The notes: generated by a model from the letters alone, not told the origin. Positions 51,300 to 62,864 are shown, numbered from the stretch's first letter. The stretch is 64,000 nt of DNA from Octopus vulgaris (GCA_951406725.2 OX597836.1:48298001-48362000); one strand, 5' to 3'. A program made the numbers and translations.

Positions 51300-52606
51300 C
51301 ATAAACAAAATAATAGTTTAAGTGAGGTGTGTGTGGGTGGGTGGGGGCAGGCCTCATGATTTCTTGCAAGCTTTCTGAGGCTGGTGAGGTCAATCTGAAC
51401 CTGTAGAGGGTGGGTGTTGTTATGTTGGGTCTCGAGGAAAATAGGGATAACAAGAAGAGCAGAGGGGATTGCAGCACATGGACCTGCTAGAAGAAGAGGG
51501 GTCATGTATAGGCTTGGTAGAAGTAGGAGCAGAGGTGATTGCCACATATGGGAAAGTAGAAGCTATTGTGGTAGTGATGGGGGGAGGAGAAGAAACTATA
51601 TTTAGTGAACCTGAAGTAGTTTCTGGTTTTGAAGAAGACATCTATTGTCTTGTGATGCAGTTTTGGCAATTCTATACATGAGAACCCATCAGAGATTCTG
51701 AGGTGCTGAGAGATTTCTTCTGTCTTTGAGGCATTTGTCGTTCTGGTTCAGTAGCGTTATATTGGTTTCAAATTATTGCACAAGGCCAGCAATTTCATGG
51801 GAGCAGATAAGTTGATTATATTGATCCCAGTACACAACTGGTACTTATTTTATTGATCCAGAAAGGATGGAAAGGCAAAGTTGACCTCAATGGGATTTGA
51901 ACTCAGAATGTTAAGGTGGAAGAAATGCTGCTAACCGTTTTGTCTGGTGTGCTGGCAATTCCGGAAGATTTCCACATTCGGTGGTGATATATTACAAAGT
52001 CTATTTCTATGTGTCTTAATTATTTGTGCTTTTGAAGAAAATTAGCTTTTCCTGTTGCCGTTGGGGTGGTTTAGTTGTCTCTGGAGGTGGGGTGAGTCTG
52101 CGATGTTTGATTGGATTTCCTCCTTGGAATCAATATTGATACAGTTTTTGAATGGAGATCGAATCATTGATGGCTTTCAGTTTCTAACTGCTTTTCTCAA
52201 CGATTACATTCCATGTTTCTTAAATACATTCACGTATTGCTGTAAAATGCTGGTAGCATGTAAAAAGCACCATCTGAATATGGCTGATGCCAGTGCCACC
52301 TGATTGGCTGCTGTGCCGGTGGCATGTGAAAAGCACCCACTACACCCTCAAAGGGATTGGTGTTGGGAAGGGCATCCAGCTGTAGAAACCTTGCCAGATC
52401 AGACTGGGCCTGGTGCAGCCTTCTGGCTTGCTAGTCCCCAGTCAAACTGTCCAACCCATGCCAGCATGGAAAACAGACGTTAAACTATGATGATGAATTA
52501 ATCTGAAGAATCAAATGTGAGGAATTTTTGCCAACAGAAACAATTTCTAAGATTCCAAATTGATGTTGCATTACTCTTGGCTAATTATTTCATTTTTTTT
52601 CTTTAG

Positions 52607-52685
52607 CAGGCAACAGTTTCAGGACGTTGTGACTTCAACTGTGAGGAAGCTTGTGAAAAACTCAAGAATGCCATGGATGGATTAG
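52607..52685 (+). CDS. Annexin exon 2 (QATVSGRCDFNCEEACEKLKNAMDGLG)
   Basis: Polypyrimidine tract plus TAG/CAG acceptor; G|GTAAG donor; encodes the start of annexin repeat 1 (AMxGLG). Confidence 0.92.
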
Positions 52686-53429
52686 GTAAGGAGTTTCCTT
52701 TAACAAAATCTTTCAACCAATCATATTTTTACATTTTCCTCCCCAAATTCCTCATCCACATTTCAATGTTGGAAATATTTAAAACATTATTTTCATGATG
52801 AAGATGCTAATTGGAACCTTAATGGTTTGTCTTCTGGCATGGTTCTGTTGAAATACTTTACCATATTTTATTTAAAAAACTGATTATTATCAAAGACTTT
52901 CTAATTATTATTTTTTTAATTAATTAATTAGTCTGGTGAGTTTCATTAATGCATTGCATTTTAAATGCAATTAAACTATTTAAACTATTTAAAAAAAAAT
53001 TTACTTTCATAATTTTTATTTAATTTGCTTTTTTGTTTATTGTTTGTGTGGTTTTTAAAAAAAATATTTACTTAGTAATCTGGTATATCCAATTAAGACG
53101 GTATTAAATTTAAATAGCCATCTAAGTGTCATAACACACACACACACACACACACAGTTGATGCTGCAGTATTCTTCCTGAGTTAATCTCTTATGGATAT
53201 GCTTTGTTAAAAAAAAGAAAGCCTATAAGAAATGTTATCTTGGGATAAATACTGCAGTGACTGGCCTATTAACGGTGTATATTTGCATTAACTATGATAC
53301 AGAGAAAGCTTAGTAATCTTTTTATAAGGCAAAAAAAGAAACAGTCTTAAACCATGAAATACAATAAAGGTTTTAGCTTAGTTATTGATTTCATTAAAAT
53401 GCTATTTAATAATTTGAGTGCTATTTTTG

Positions 53430-53700
53430 CATGGCCTTGTGGTTAGGTGTGCTGTACTCATGATCATGATGTTGTGGGTTCAATTCACAGACCAGCTTCA
53501 TATTGTGTTCTTGAGCCAAACCTTCCTTTCACATTGCCCCAGTCTGCTCAGTTGTAAATGGATAATCATGTGACAAACTAGCCATCCAATCAGAAGGGAT
53601 GTTCACCTGCTCAACTAGCCAATGGGATGGCTTCATTTGAAAGCTAAAATGATGTAAAGCACATTGTGATCAGTGATGTATAACAACGTCCAACAGTCTG
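53430..53700 (+). mobile_element. tRNA-derived SINE family C (also 21603-21850 and truncated 50360-50583)
   Basis: TGGCCTTGTGGTTAG A-box, GGTTCAATTC B-box, GTGTTCTTGAGC..CCAGT..CTCAG body, GCA(C/T)TGTGA(C/T)CAG(C/T)GATGTATA 3' part. Confidence 0.75.
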
Positions 53701-54370
53701 GAAGCAACTGAGCTTTACATGAAGAATGAATACAGAACAGAATTAACAATTTTTGTAAGCTTCAATTACTTTTGAAATAGACAGGTGCAAAAGTAGGCTG
53801 ACAGTTGTATATTTTATTTTTCCATTTAAACAAACATTGTACAATGTTCATTCTGCAAATGCTCAAAATGTCTACCCTGAACATTGTCGTATTCTTGGAG
53901 TCTACCAACCGCACTTCGACTGGCGATGACACAGGTCCAGGTCAGAGTTGATTTCCAGACAGGCCCCTGTAATGATCCCCTATACTTGAGGCAGAGTGTA
54001 TGCTTTTCTCTGGACTACCTTCTCTTTCACAACACCTCAGAGAAAAAAAATCCATGTGTGTTAGGTCTGGGATTGGGGGCAATTCAATACTCCTATGTCA
54101 CCCAATCCACTTCCCTGGAAACGTTTCATTGAGGAAATTATGCACATGAATTGCATAATGTAGTGGTGCCCTGTCCAAAGTTGGGCACATCCTGCATTAC
54201 AGGCAGCACCTCCTTGTGCAAAATGTCAAGGTGTCACCATTAAAAATAAAACTGTTAACCTACTTTTGCACCACTCTGTAGAATTTCAGGAATTGATAAC
54301 AACTCTGGTTGCTTATACTCTTAGACTGTTCCATAACCTCCAGTGTTTGACCGTAGCAAAACTATTTTTA

Positions 54371-54756
54371 AAAAATAGTGCAATAGGTGTAAAACAAGCT
54401 GTAGTAAACAAATGTGAAAAGAAAGTGCACCCTGGCAGATGAGTGGGGGGAGACGACTTGGAAAATTCACTTCAGGAATGTTCCAAATTCTCTCACCACT
54501 TCCCTGTTCATTGGCGCAATTTTTTTCTTCATATTTGATTACTACACATTATTTTACACCTATTACACTATTTTTTTCCCCACATTTTTGAGACCCAGTG
54601 TCAAAGTGGGTTTACTGGATTGTGTGAATTATCCGAGTCTACATCCCACCCACCTCCCATCACAAAAATTGAAAAAAGACAATAGGTGTAAAATAATGTG
54701 TAGTAAACGAATATAATGAAAAAAAATTGCGCTGATGAACAGGGAAATAGTGAGAG
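54371..54756. repeat. Three-arm inverted repeat in annexin intron 2
   Basis: 54490-54590 is complementary both to 54663-54756 (~95 bp) and to 54371-54431. Confidence 0.88.
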
Positions 54757-55432
54757 GACATTGACCCCATAACCCTGGACTTTTTTCTTTTAATGGTATT
54801 CTTCATCTTTTCCAGTTCTACTCTCATTCCTTTCCCATTGACATTTTATTTGTTTGTATTTGCATATTACATAATAAAGAGAAAAGGGAGGAATTTGGTA
54901 ACAGAAGATTTCTTTGTCTTTTAACAATGACTTTTGTCTTCTCTGTTTGGAGGTACAAGCACTTTCACCCACCTGTCTACATATGACTGGAATTTCCACC
55001 TGGACCAAATGCAATCACAAGGCTTAATTGACTTTGGGAATTGATACTATTCCAGATTGGACTAATTAGATAGCTTTCATTTATTTCACTCAAATCAGTC
55101 TATTTTTGAGGATTTGGTTGGTTTTTATTATTATTTATTATTATTGTGGGGTGAGCAAAGGCTTGTGAGTGGAATTGGGAAAGAGAAACTGAATGAAGTT
55201 CATTGTATACATATGGGGTGGGTGTGTGTGTGTGTGTGTGTGTGTGCATTGGCATCTTCTGGTCTTGCCAGTATGTGATTGCTGTAAATGAGCGTCACTG
55301 TCAAACAAGCAGTGTCCTTTATTTCCAGTCTTCTGTAAATGGGGAAGTATTACCTTGCTTGGAAACAGGTGAGGGTTGGTGACAGGAAGGGCATCCAGCT
55401 GTAGACAATCTACCTCAACAAATTCTGTTTGA

Positions 55433-55651
55433 CCCTTTCATTACCAACCCGGCTGAAACTGCCACTGGTTCTGCAGTATAAATGTTTTGCTTTCAAAAGT
55501 TCTGAGTTCAAATCTTCCAACCTGTAGACATAATTTCTGTTCCTGACACCAGCTGAATGATAACTAAGTTAATTTACCAAATTCTTTGTTGTATTTTAAA
55601 TTAATTGAAAGAAACGCAGAGCATCTCAAAATAAATACAGTAACAAAAGGG
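55433..55651 (+). mobile_element. piggyBac-type MITE in annexin intron 2
   Basis: ttga-CCCTTTCATTACC ... GTAACAAAAGGG-ttaa terminal inverted repeats with TTAA-like flanks. Confidence 0.65.
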
Positions 55652-56589
55652 TTAAGCCATGTTTAACCCAGATTGGAAACCAACAACCTTCTTAACCACA
55701 CAGCCATGTCTGCTCCTTCCATAATTAGAAAATATATCTTTGTATTTTATCCAGAGCCTTCTCTCCTAGGGGTAACTTGCAAAACAAATGAAGCATATGT
55801 TGCTCATCTCTATAATTTTAAAAGTAATTTATGATCCATCATGTCAAATTCTTTGGCCAAGTCAAAAAATACTACCATATTAATCGTTTTGTTTATTTTT
55901 TTTTATCTCCTGGTGAGTTTATTTATCAATTTAGCAACTCTAAAACCAAAATCATTGTTAGACATAATTGATGAAATTGAGACAGAAGAAATTAAGTTAA
56001 TTTTTTTCCTAATTTTTTGAAAACAGAGGCAGTATGCTGATGTGGCTTCAATCCTCATCCTGTATATTGGAATTATTATTTCTTGGGTGGCAATCTGGCA
56101 GAATTGTTAGCACGCTGGATGAAATGCTTAGTGGTATTTCACACATCACTACGTTCTGAGTTCAAATTCCACTGAGGTTGATTTTACCTTTCATCCTTTT
56201 GGGGTTGATAAATTAAGTACCAGTTGAACACTGGGGTCGATGTAATCGACTCATCCTCTCTTCCAAAACTGCTGCTGCCCTTGTAAAATTTGAAACCATT
56301 ATTAAGTGATGAACAGGCAGTTGTTAGTGTGTTGGATAAAATGCTTGGCAGCATGTCTTCTGGCTCTCTAGATTCTGAGTTCAAATTCTACTGAGGTCGA
56401 CTTTACCTTTCATCCTTACAGAGACAATAAAATTGGTATCAGTTGAGCAGTGGGGGTTAAATTAGATGTGACCCCTACAAAAGTTGGCTGTACACACTGA
56501 GAAAGAAATGGATATGTAATGATCGATCTATCATTGTTTATCATGGATTGGGAAGGGCTCCAAAAAACACAACAATATGGGACTCCATT

Positions 56590-57012
56590 CCATGCACTTT
56601 GGAAATGGAATGAATGGTAGATTCCTTGGCACCAAACTCACCGCAGCAACTCTTCCACCATCACATAATTTCTGGATAATCTCAACCTTTTCCTTTAGAG
56701 AATAAACTCACCTGCATCATTTGTTAGGATGAGGTGCCTTCATATATTTCCTATTCACTAGTCCCATGTTGATGGGTACAAATATGCAGCCTCCAAGCAT
56801 GGTCATGTAAACACGAGCGATTGTCAGTGCATTCTGGGTAGTTGCTGGGGTACATTTTTGAAGTACAATCTTTTGACTGATTGCCAACCTGTGTCATTAC
56901 AGATCAATCTGTGATAAGTTTAATATGGCTAACAATTGAGCATATTGTCTTATATCAGATCAGTGATAAATGGATCAGTGATAAATGGACCAGTAATAAA
57001 CGGGGCTACATG
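56590..57012 (-). mobile_element. Tigger/pogo 5' fragment (CENP-B-type HTH) in annexin intron 2
   Basis: VYSLKEKVEIIQKLCDGGRVAAV / EFGAKESTIHSISK; terminal GTAGCCCCGTTTAT with three ~15-bp subterminal repeats (CAGTGATAAATGGA). Confidence 0.65.
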
Positions 57013-57142
57013 TGTTCTAAGACAAATGAACAAACTTTTGAATAATATTTAGCCAAGAAATATCAATAATTTTTAAGAATGAACTAAGATAAGAATCTTA
57101 TTTTAGGTGTTTATTTGACCAAAATATTTTCTGCTTTTCTAG

Positions 57143-57237
57143 GAACAAATGAAGAGGATATTATTGAGGTTTTGGTGACTCATAATTGTGAACAGCGCCA
57201 AGAAATCAAAACACAATACAAGCAAGCATATGGAGAG
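57143..57237 (+). CDS. Annexin exon 3 (GTNEEDIIEVLVTHNCEQRQEIKTQYKQAYGE)
   Basis: ttttctAG acceptor, GAG|gtatgt donor, 95 nt; GT(D/N)E..II..L..QRQ.I...Y...YG annexin signature. Confidence 0.96.
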
Positions 57238-57900
57238 GTATGTTCCATTATATGAAATGAAGAATTTCCAGAAAACTTACATCCTGTTAATTGTTTGAAA
57301 TGTAAATGTCTTTCAAATTACCATTTTTATTTCAGAATGGAAATTCCTAGAACTTCTAAAATGGGTTCAGTGCCACTCTGTGGTAGTGTCTTCTACTGTA
57401 GCCTTAGCCCAACCAATGTCTTCTGAATGGATTTGGTGGACGAAAACTGAAAGAAGCCTGTTGTGTATATTTGTGTGTGTGTATGTGTTTGTCTTTTTGG
57501 CTTGACATTGTATGAAAGTTGCAGATGAATGCCATACAAGCTGTGTAGCTCATTTCCTGTCTTCCATAAAAAAACCCAAAAAACTTGTCTGGTCATGGAG
57601 AAATATCATCTAGCTTGGAAATAGGTGAGGGTTAGCAACAGGAAGGGCATCTGGACAAAGAAAACCTGCCTCAAACATACTCCATCTGATCCATGAGAGT
57701 ATAGAAAAGTGGCTGTTAAAATAATGATGACCGTGATGGTTTGTAAAATCTTTCTCTTTCTAAATGTGTGGAGGAAAGGATTTGTGGGGTGGAGGCCTGT
57801 AAAATTTTTTTAATAATCTTTAATATTCTTCTCTGTCTTTAATATAATTTTGCACCAGTTTTTATGGAGAGATGATGGCTTCTGTATATTCTTATTATAG

Positions 57901-58014
57901 GATTTAATCGAAGATCTGAAAAGCGAACTGTCTGGAAATTTGGAAGACGTGATCGTAGCTTTATTTGATTCTCCCAGAGAGTTCGATGTTCATGAAATCC
58001 ATCGAGCCATAGCT
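57901..58014 (+). CDS. Annexin exon 4 ([38 protein letters not shown])
   Basis: AG acceptor at 57899-57900, GTAAGT donor, 114 nt; DLKSELSG motif. Confidence 0.97.
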
Positions 58015-58463
58015 GTAAGTATTAACCATTATTTCTGTTCCATTTCATTCTCGTGATATCAAGATATTTCAGTGGGGTCCAGTAAGATTGAAAGGGCAAC
58101 AATCATTGGAGCATTGGACAAAATCCTGTAATTTCTTCTGGTCCTTTATGTTCTGAGTTCAAATCCTGCTGAAGTCAACTTTGTTTTTTGTCCCTTTAGT
58201 GTCAATAAAATAAAGTATCAATTAAATATTGGGGTCCATGTAATCAACTTGTCCCCTTCCCTAGCCTTGCAGTGGACCAGTGTCACTTATATTCACCATA
58301 GTAACCAGGCTTGTGTTCCAGAGCCTGAGGAAAATAAAATTAAAACAGAAAGTAAAATTGTGTTTGTTACTTTGATCTTAAGATGTATTTAATGAAGGTT
58401 AGATGTCGAAATGTTTGTATCTGAAATATATTTAAACAGTGCAGTTTTTTTCCCTTTATTTAG

Positions 58464-58554
58464 TGTATGGGAACAGATGAGAGCACACTTATTGAGATTT
58501 TGGTGACCAGAACAAACGAAGAAATTGAAGAGATAAAAGCTAAATATGAAGAAG
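58464..58554 (+). CDS. Annexin exon 5 (CMGTDESTLIEILVTRTNEEIEEIKAKYEE)
   Basis: ttttccctttatttAG acceptor, G|gtgaat donor, 91 nt; GTDE..LIEIL.TR.NEEI motif (seen in ORF 58467-58688). Confidence 0.97.
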
Positions 58555-59410
58555 GTGAATATATTGGATTGATTTCAGTGAAACTACCGGAAAAAAAAAA
58601 AGAAAAAGAATTCCCCAAAGGGAATATGAAACTTCTCTTTAGATTTTGTATAGAAAAAAAAAAAGAATCACCTGATCCTGAGAGTTAACTTTGCTAATTA
58701 AAAATAAGTTTTAATAATTTCATCAACTGATGATCTCTTAAAAAGCAATCTTGTTTTTGTGAAAGACAAATTATACTCTAAATGTTTCACAATTTGTCCC
58801 CAGAGGTCTTGTACACTTGGCCAATGCGTCAGATATTTAACGATTCAAAGTGCTTTTTTTTTACTTAATTATTTTAATTATTAATTGGTAAAGGCGGCGA
58901 ACTGGCAAAATCATTAGCATGCCGGTTGAAATGCTTAGTGGTATTTCATCTGCTGTTATGTTCTGAGTTCAAATTCTGCTGAGGTCGACTTTGCCTTTCA
59001 TCCTTTTGGGGTCAATTAAATAAGTACCAGTTGTGCGCTGGGTTTGATGTAATTCTCATAATCCCTTTGTCCTTGTCTATCCCCTCTGTTTAGCCCCCTG
59101 TGGGTAATAAAGAAATATAATTGGTAAATTAAAGTGTTGTTTCCAGATTTGTAAATTCAATGAATATCTGATTAAACTGTGTTTAAAAAAAAATAATTCT
59201 GTAATCTATTTCGTACATTAATTAATTAATTAATTACATTAATTAATTGCAAATATTTAATGATTCATCTGCTTCAATTATTTTCAGTGATTTTTTTTAT
59301 TTGTTTTACTGAAAATGTGTAGTTGTAAATATTAAAACTATTAATAATTTTTAAAATGTTCATATTAATTCCTATAATTTAATTTTTCAAAAAACTTGAT
59401 TATTTTGTAG

Positions 59411-59559
59411 AGTATGAGGTTTCCATGGAAGATGACATCTCCTCGGACACAAGTGGTTATTTCCGTCGTTTGATGGTTTCCCTTTGCACTGCATCAAGAG
59501 ATAATGATTGGTGGCCCGATGCAGATAAGGCTGCTGAAGATGCTCAAAAACTCTTTGAT
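59411..59559 (+). CDS. Annexin exon 6 (EYEVSMEDDISSDTSGYFRRLMVSLCTASRDNDWWPDADKAAEDAQKLFD)
   Basis: ttttgtAG acceptor, GTGAGC donor, phases consistent; DTSG.F.R.LV.L motif. Confidence 0.95.
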
Positions 59560-59819
59560 GTGAGCGTTCAAAGGATTTTTCTAATCAAAATTACATGTTA
59601 ATTATCAATAGATATGCCTTTTCTTTGTTTTTTTGTTGTTTTCTTTTTTACTAAGCTTCATTTCGCTATTGTTTTTGGAGGTTTTAATCAAACAACATTC
59701 ACTGACGAGAATTAAATTAAATTGGAAAAAAAACTCTTCTCGAAAACTTATTTGATTTAAAAAGGAAAAAAGAATTTGTAATTCTTTTTCTTTACCTTTT
59801 TTTTCTTTTTCTTTTTAAG

Positions 59820-59997
59820 GATGGAGAAGGACAGTTAGGCACTGATGAATGCACTTTCAATTCGATTTTGTGCACCCGTACCCTACCCCAGTTGAGAGCA
59901 ACATTTGAGGCTTATCAGGAACTGGCTGGTCATAGTCTTCGAGAGGCAGTTGAGTCAGAAACGTCTGGTGCCGTACAAGAAGGCTATCTTGCTATTA
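59820..59997 (+). CDS. Annexin exon 7 (DGEGQLGTDECTFNSILCTRTLPQLRATFEAYQELAGHSLREAVESETSGAVQEGYLAI)
   Basis: Long polypyrimidine tract plus AAG acceptor, GTAAGT donor at 59998; GE...GTDE..F..IL..R...QLR..F..Y motif of repeat 3. Confidence 0.96.
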
Positions 59998-60357
59998 GTA
60001 AGTACTGATGTTAATTTTCTCTAATTTTTCTCTCAGAAATTCCAAGTCCTTTATTGAATCAATGGCACCAATTGTCTGAAATATTTCAGTGATTCTTCTC
60101 AATAATCACCAAGATCTTATTGTATCTAAATCATTCAGTGTTGAAACCCTCAATTCCTAGCATTGGTGCTATTAATATTCTACAATTGTCATATTGTTGG
60201 TATACAATGGGAGGTAAAATGTTTAGGTTCATTGTTAGAGATCCAAGAGAGATTAGTAAATTTAACCCCAAATATATCCAATATTCACTTGTATTCCTTC
60301 TTCTCATCTCCATTTTTCATTAGCATTAAATTCTTTCTCCCTCTCTCTCTACAACAG

Positions 60358-60470
60358 TTGATGCAGCTACTAATTTGACTGAGTATTTTGCGAAGCTACT
60401 CCACAAGAGCATGTCAGGAGCGGGCACCACTGATAGTGCTCTCATTCGAGCGATTGTATCAAGGAGTGAG
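60358..60470 (+). CDS. Annexin exon 8 (IDAATNLTEYFAKLLHKSMSGAGTTDSALIRAIVSRSE)
   Basis: CAG acceptor, GAG|GTAAGT donor, 113 nt; YFA..L..SM.GAGT.D..LIR..VSRSE motif. Confidence 0.97.
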
Positions 60471-62611
60471 GTAAGTCAACTGTGCTTTTCCTTTTCAAAC
60501 GATAAGTGGGATGCGGTTTAGTGCCTACGTTTCTCAGGTGAAGCATGGGAAGTACAAAGAGTGTGAGAAGATATGACAAGTGCAGGGCTCGGGGAAAAGA
60601 CATTGGTAACTTTTGATGAATGTGAATGGGGTTGTGTTGCAACGCAGCAAAGCAGGAATGGTTGTGCAACTCTGACAAGAGGGAAGGTAAAAGTCATTTA
60701 AGGTGTGTATGTTGGTGGTGGTCATGGTGCTAGAATGGCAAGGATGATGTGGTGATGATGGCCCAATGTTTTGAGTTGTAGGGTAGTGAGAGGTTGGAAA
60801 AAAATCAAGTTTAGCTCTCGTGTATTGGATAAGTGACATGTAGCTTTGAGTCTCATGTAGCTTGAAATGTTTGGTCGTGGAACCTTTACATTGTTACTTT
60901 AACCCAAGACCAAGATCAAAGCTTTGTGTCTCAGAAAACTGATATTTATTCAGTTGAAATTTGAGTCACATTAATTCTTGATCAATTTAAAGAAGCAGTT
61001 TTGCTTGATGATGTTTCTAGAAATTTGGAAGATTTTTGTTTCCAATCACTTTAACTGTTTTTGTTTCATTCTTCAATTGAAATTACTGGTAAACCTCTAA
61101 CACTTCACTTCTGTTAACTTTTCTCTGTACAATTGAAAATCTGTTACAATATATCAGGACTGCCATATAAGGTTGAGCCAAACAGCCAGCAGTATACGGT
61201 CTATAGTGAATCTAACTGTATCAATACTGGAATGGGCAAGTCCTAAATAAGTTCCAATTTTCTGCAGATAAATTACAACAGCAAGTGAATTTGAAATTGA
61301 AGAGGCACTTTTTAATTTGGAGTTTACTCAAGACCTTTGTTCCCTATGGAACTCAGACTATTGACCATTTTTCTCCACTATTCCGAACTTTGTCCTTCTT
61401 CTCTGCATCTCTCTTCGGTTGGATCCTTCTTCTTCCTTTCAGCTCCCTTTTTGATTTTTTTTTTTTTTTGCCCTGCTTTATTTATTCCCCTGTGGAAAGG
61501 CCTTCCTCTTCCAGGGCCTTTTGTTTTTCAACAGTAATCAATGCTTCTGTGACTTTGCTTTTTTCTAGATAGGGATGTGGACCCTATACAGACCCATTTT
61601 TATCTCTGAGAAGAGGTGGTTCACATTAGTCAGCCCTTTTGACCTGTCCATCACTTGTAAGACTCTACAAGGAGTTTGTCCTCTACTGGCATAGCTCTGA
61701 AGGTGGCTGAGGCATACCAGCCACAACACCTCAACGAAAATTGAACCTTCTGGTGGAAGTTAGGATTTAGTCAAAGAATATTTTATCTCATTGAATTAAA
61801 AAAGATATAGTCAGATTTTCAGTTTTCCACTATCCAAGAGGAACATGGTGTTGGTCTCAAAAAGCCTACGAAGGAAATAAACCCAGCCATCCTTCCTGCG
61901 GACAAAACTAATTTTTTTCAGTAAACGTAAATATATCTAAACTTCACATAATGCATTTCTTGTGGACATGATTTTTGTCAAATGAACAAACAAGGAATGA
62001 AGCTGTGTATGGTTTCATGGTTGCAGTTGGTCGTCACTGATGTCTTTAGATTCTCATAGAAATTCAGATGACATGGCAATAGAGAAAAAAGATGATTTAT
62101 GGATTTATATTTGAAATGATTTAAAGGAGTGAAGCTTTGATGAAGTGCAGAATAAGATGGAATGAAACGACCAAGTTCACTCCATTGAGGAAGAACTAGC
62201 TTTAACAGCTTTTTAATATAATAACATGTTAAATAATAACAGCAATTATACTATTAATAATAATAATGATAATAGTAATAACAACAAGAACAATGATAAT
62301 ACTAATAATAATGGTGATTATAGTAATAAGAGTAATAATAATAGTATTTTTTGTATTATTAATCAGCAGAAGTTATAGATTCCAGATCTGAAAATTTCAT
62401 TTATTGACACTTACTGAGCCTAGTAACAAAGATGAGGAGGATGATGATGATGAAACCCTGAATTAATGTTTGGACATGTAATAATATTATCAACAGTTCG
62501 GGCAACAGAATCCTGTGTGCATTGTTTCAAATCTTTATCTCTGCCAATATTTTCACAGATTTCTTTTATTTTAATTTGCTTTGAGCTTGCCCTTGTTTTT
62601 CCCCTTTTCAG

Positions 62612-62731
62612 ATTGACTTGGGACATATAAAGGAGTGCTTTCAAGAAATCTATGGGCAACCATTGTCTGAATGGGTTGACAGTGACTGTGGTGGAGATTA
62701 TAAACGATTGTTGTTGAGGATTATCAAGTAG
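62612..62731 (+). CDS. Annexin exon 9, terminal (IDLGHIKECFQEIYGQPLSEWVDSDCGGDYKRLLLRIIK*)
   Basis: ccccttttCAG acceptor; IDL..IK..F...YG..L....D..GDYK..LL C-terminal motif; TAG at 62729-62731. Spliced CDS sums to 945 nt (314 aa). Confidence 0.96.
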   Translation: MDLGHIKECFQEIYGQPLSEWVDSDCGGDYKRLLLRIIK

Positions 62732-62864
62732 CAAAAGAGAAATTAATTTTTCCTAACAGTAACCCTCTATCAGGTTTTTCATTCACAGCCAATGGCTTTG
62801 ATAAAAAGAAAGAAATATTTGTGATATTATTAGCAAATATTAATGTATTTTCTTAAAGTACATT

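Noticed and set aside
50609-51304. Recurrent ORFs (RQASFSFRLPNP.., SGSAKETDRISTGLTKNKS..) also at 21.0-21.6, 31.1-31.7 and 34.7-34.9 kb
   Set aside because: Chance reading frames through copies of SINE family A; no coding signature.
54733-54756. CTGATGA-ACAGG-GAAA hammerhead-like core
   Set aside because: No stem II possible and no NUH/stem I; part of the inverted-repeat arm.
58555-58688. C-terminal extension of ORF 58467-58688
   Set aside because: Read-through into intron 5; annexin similarity stops at the GT donor at 58555.
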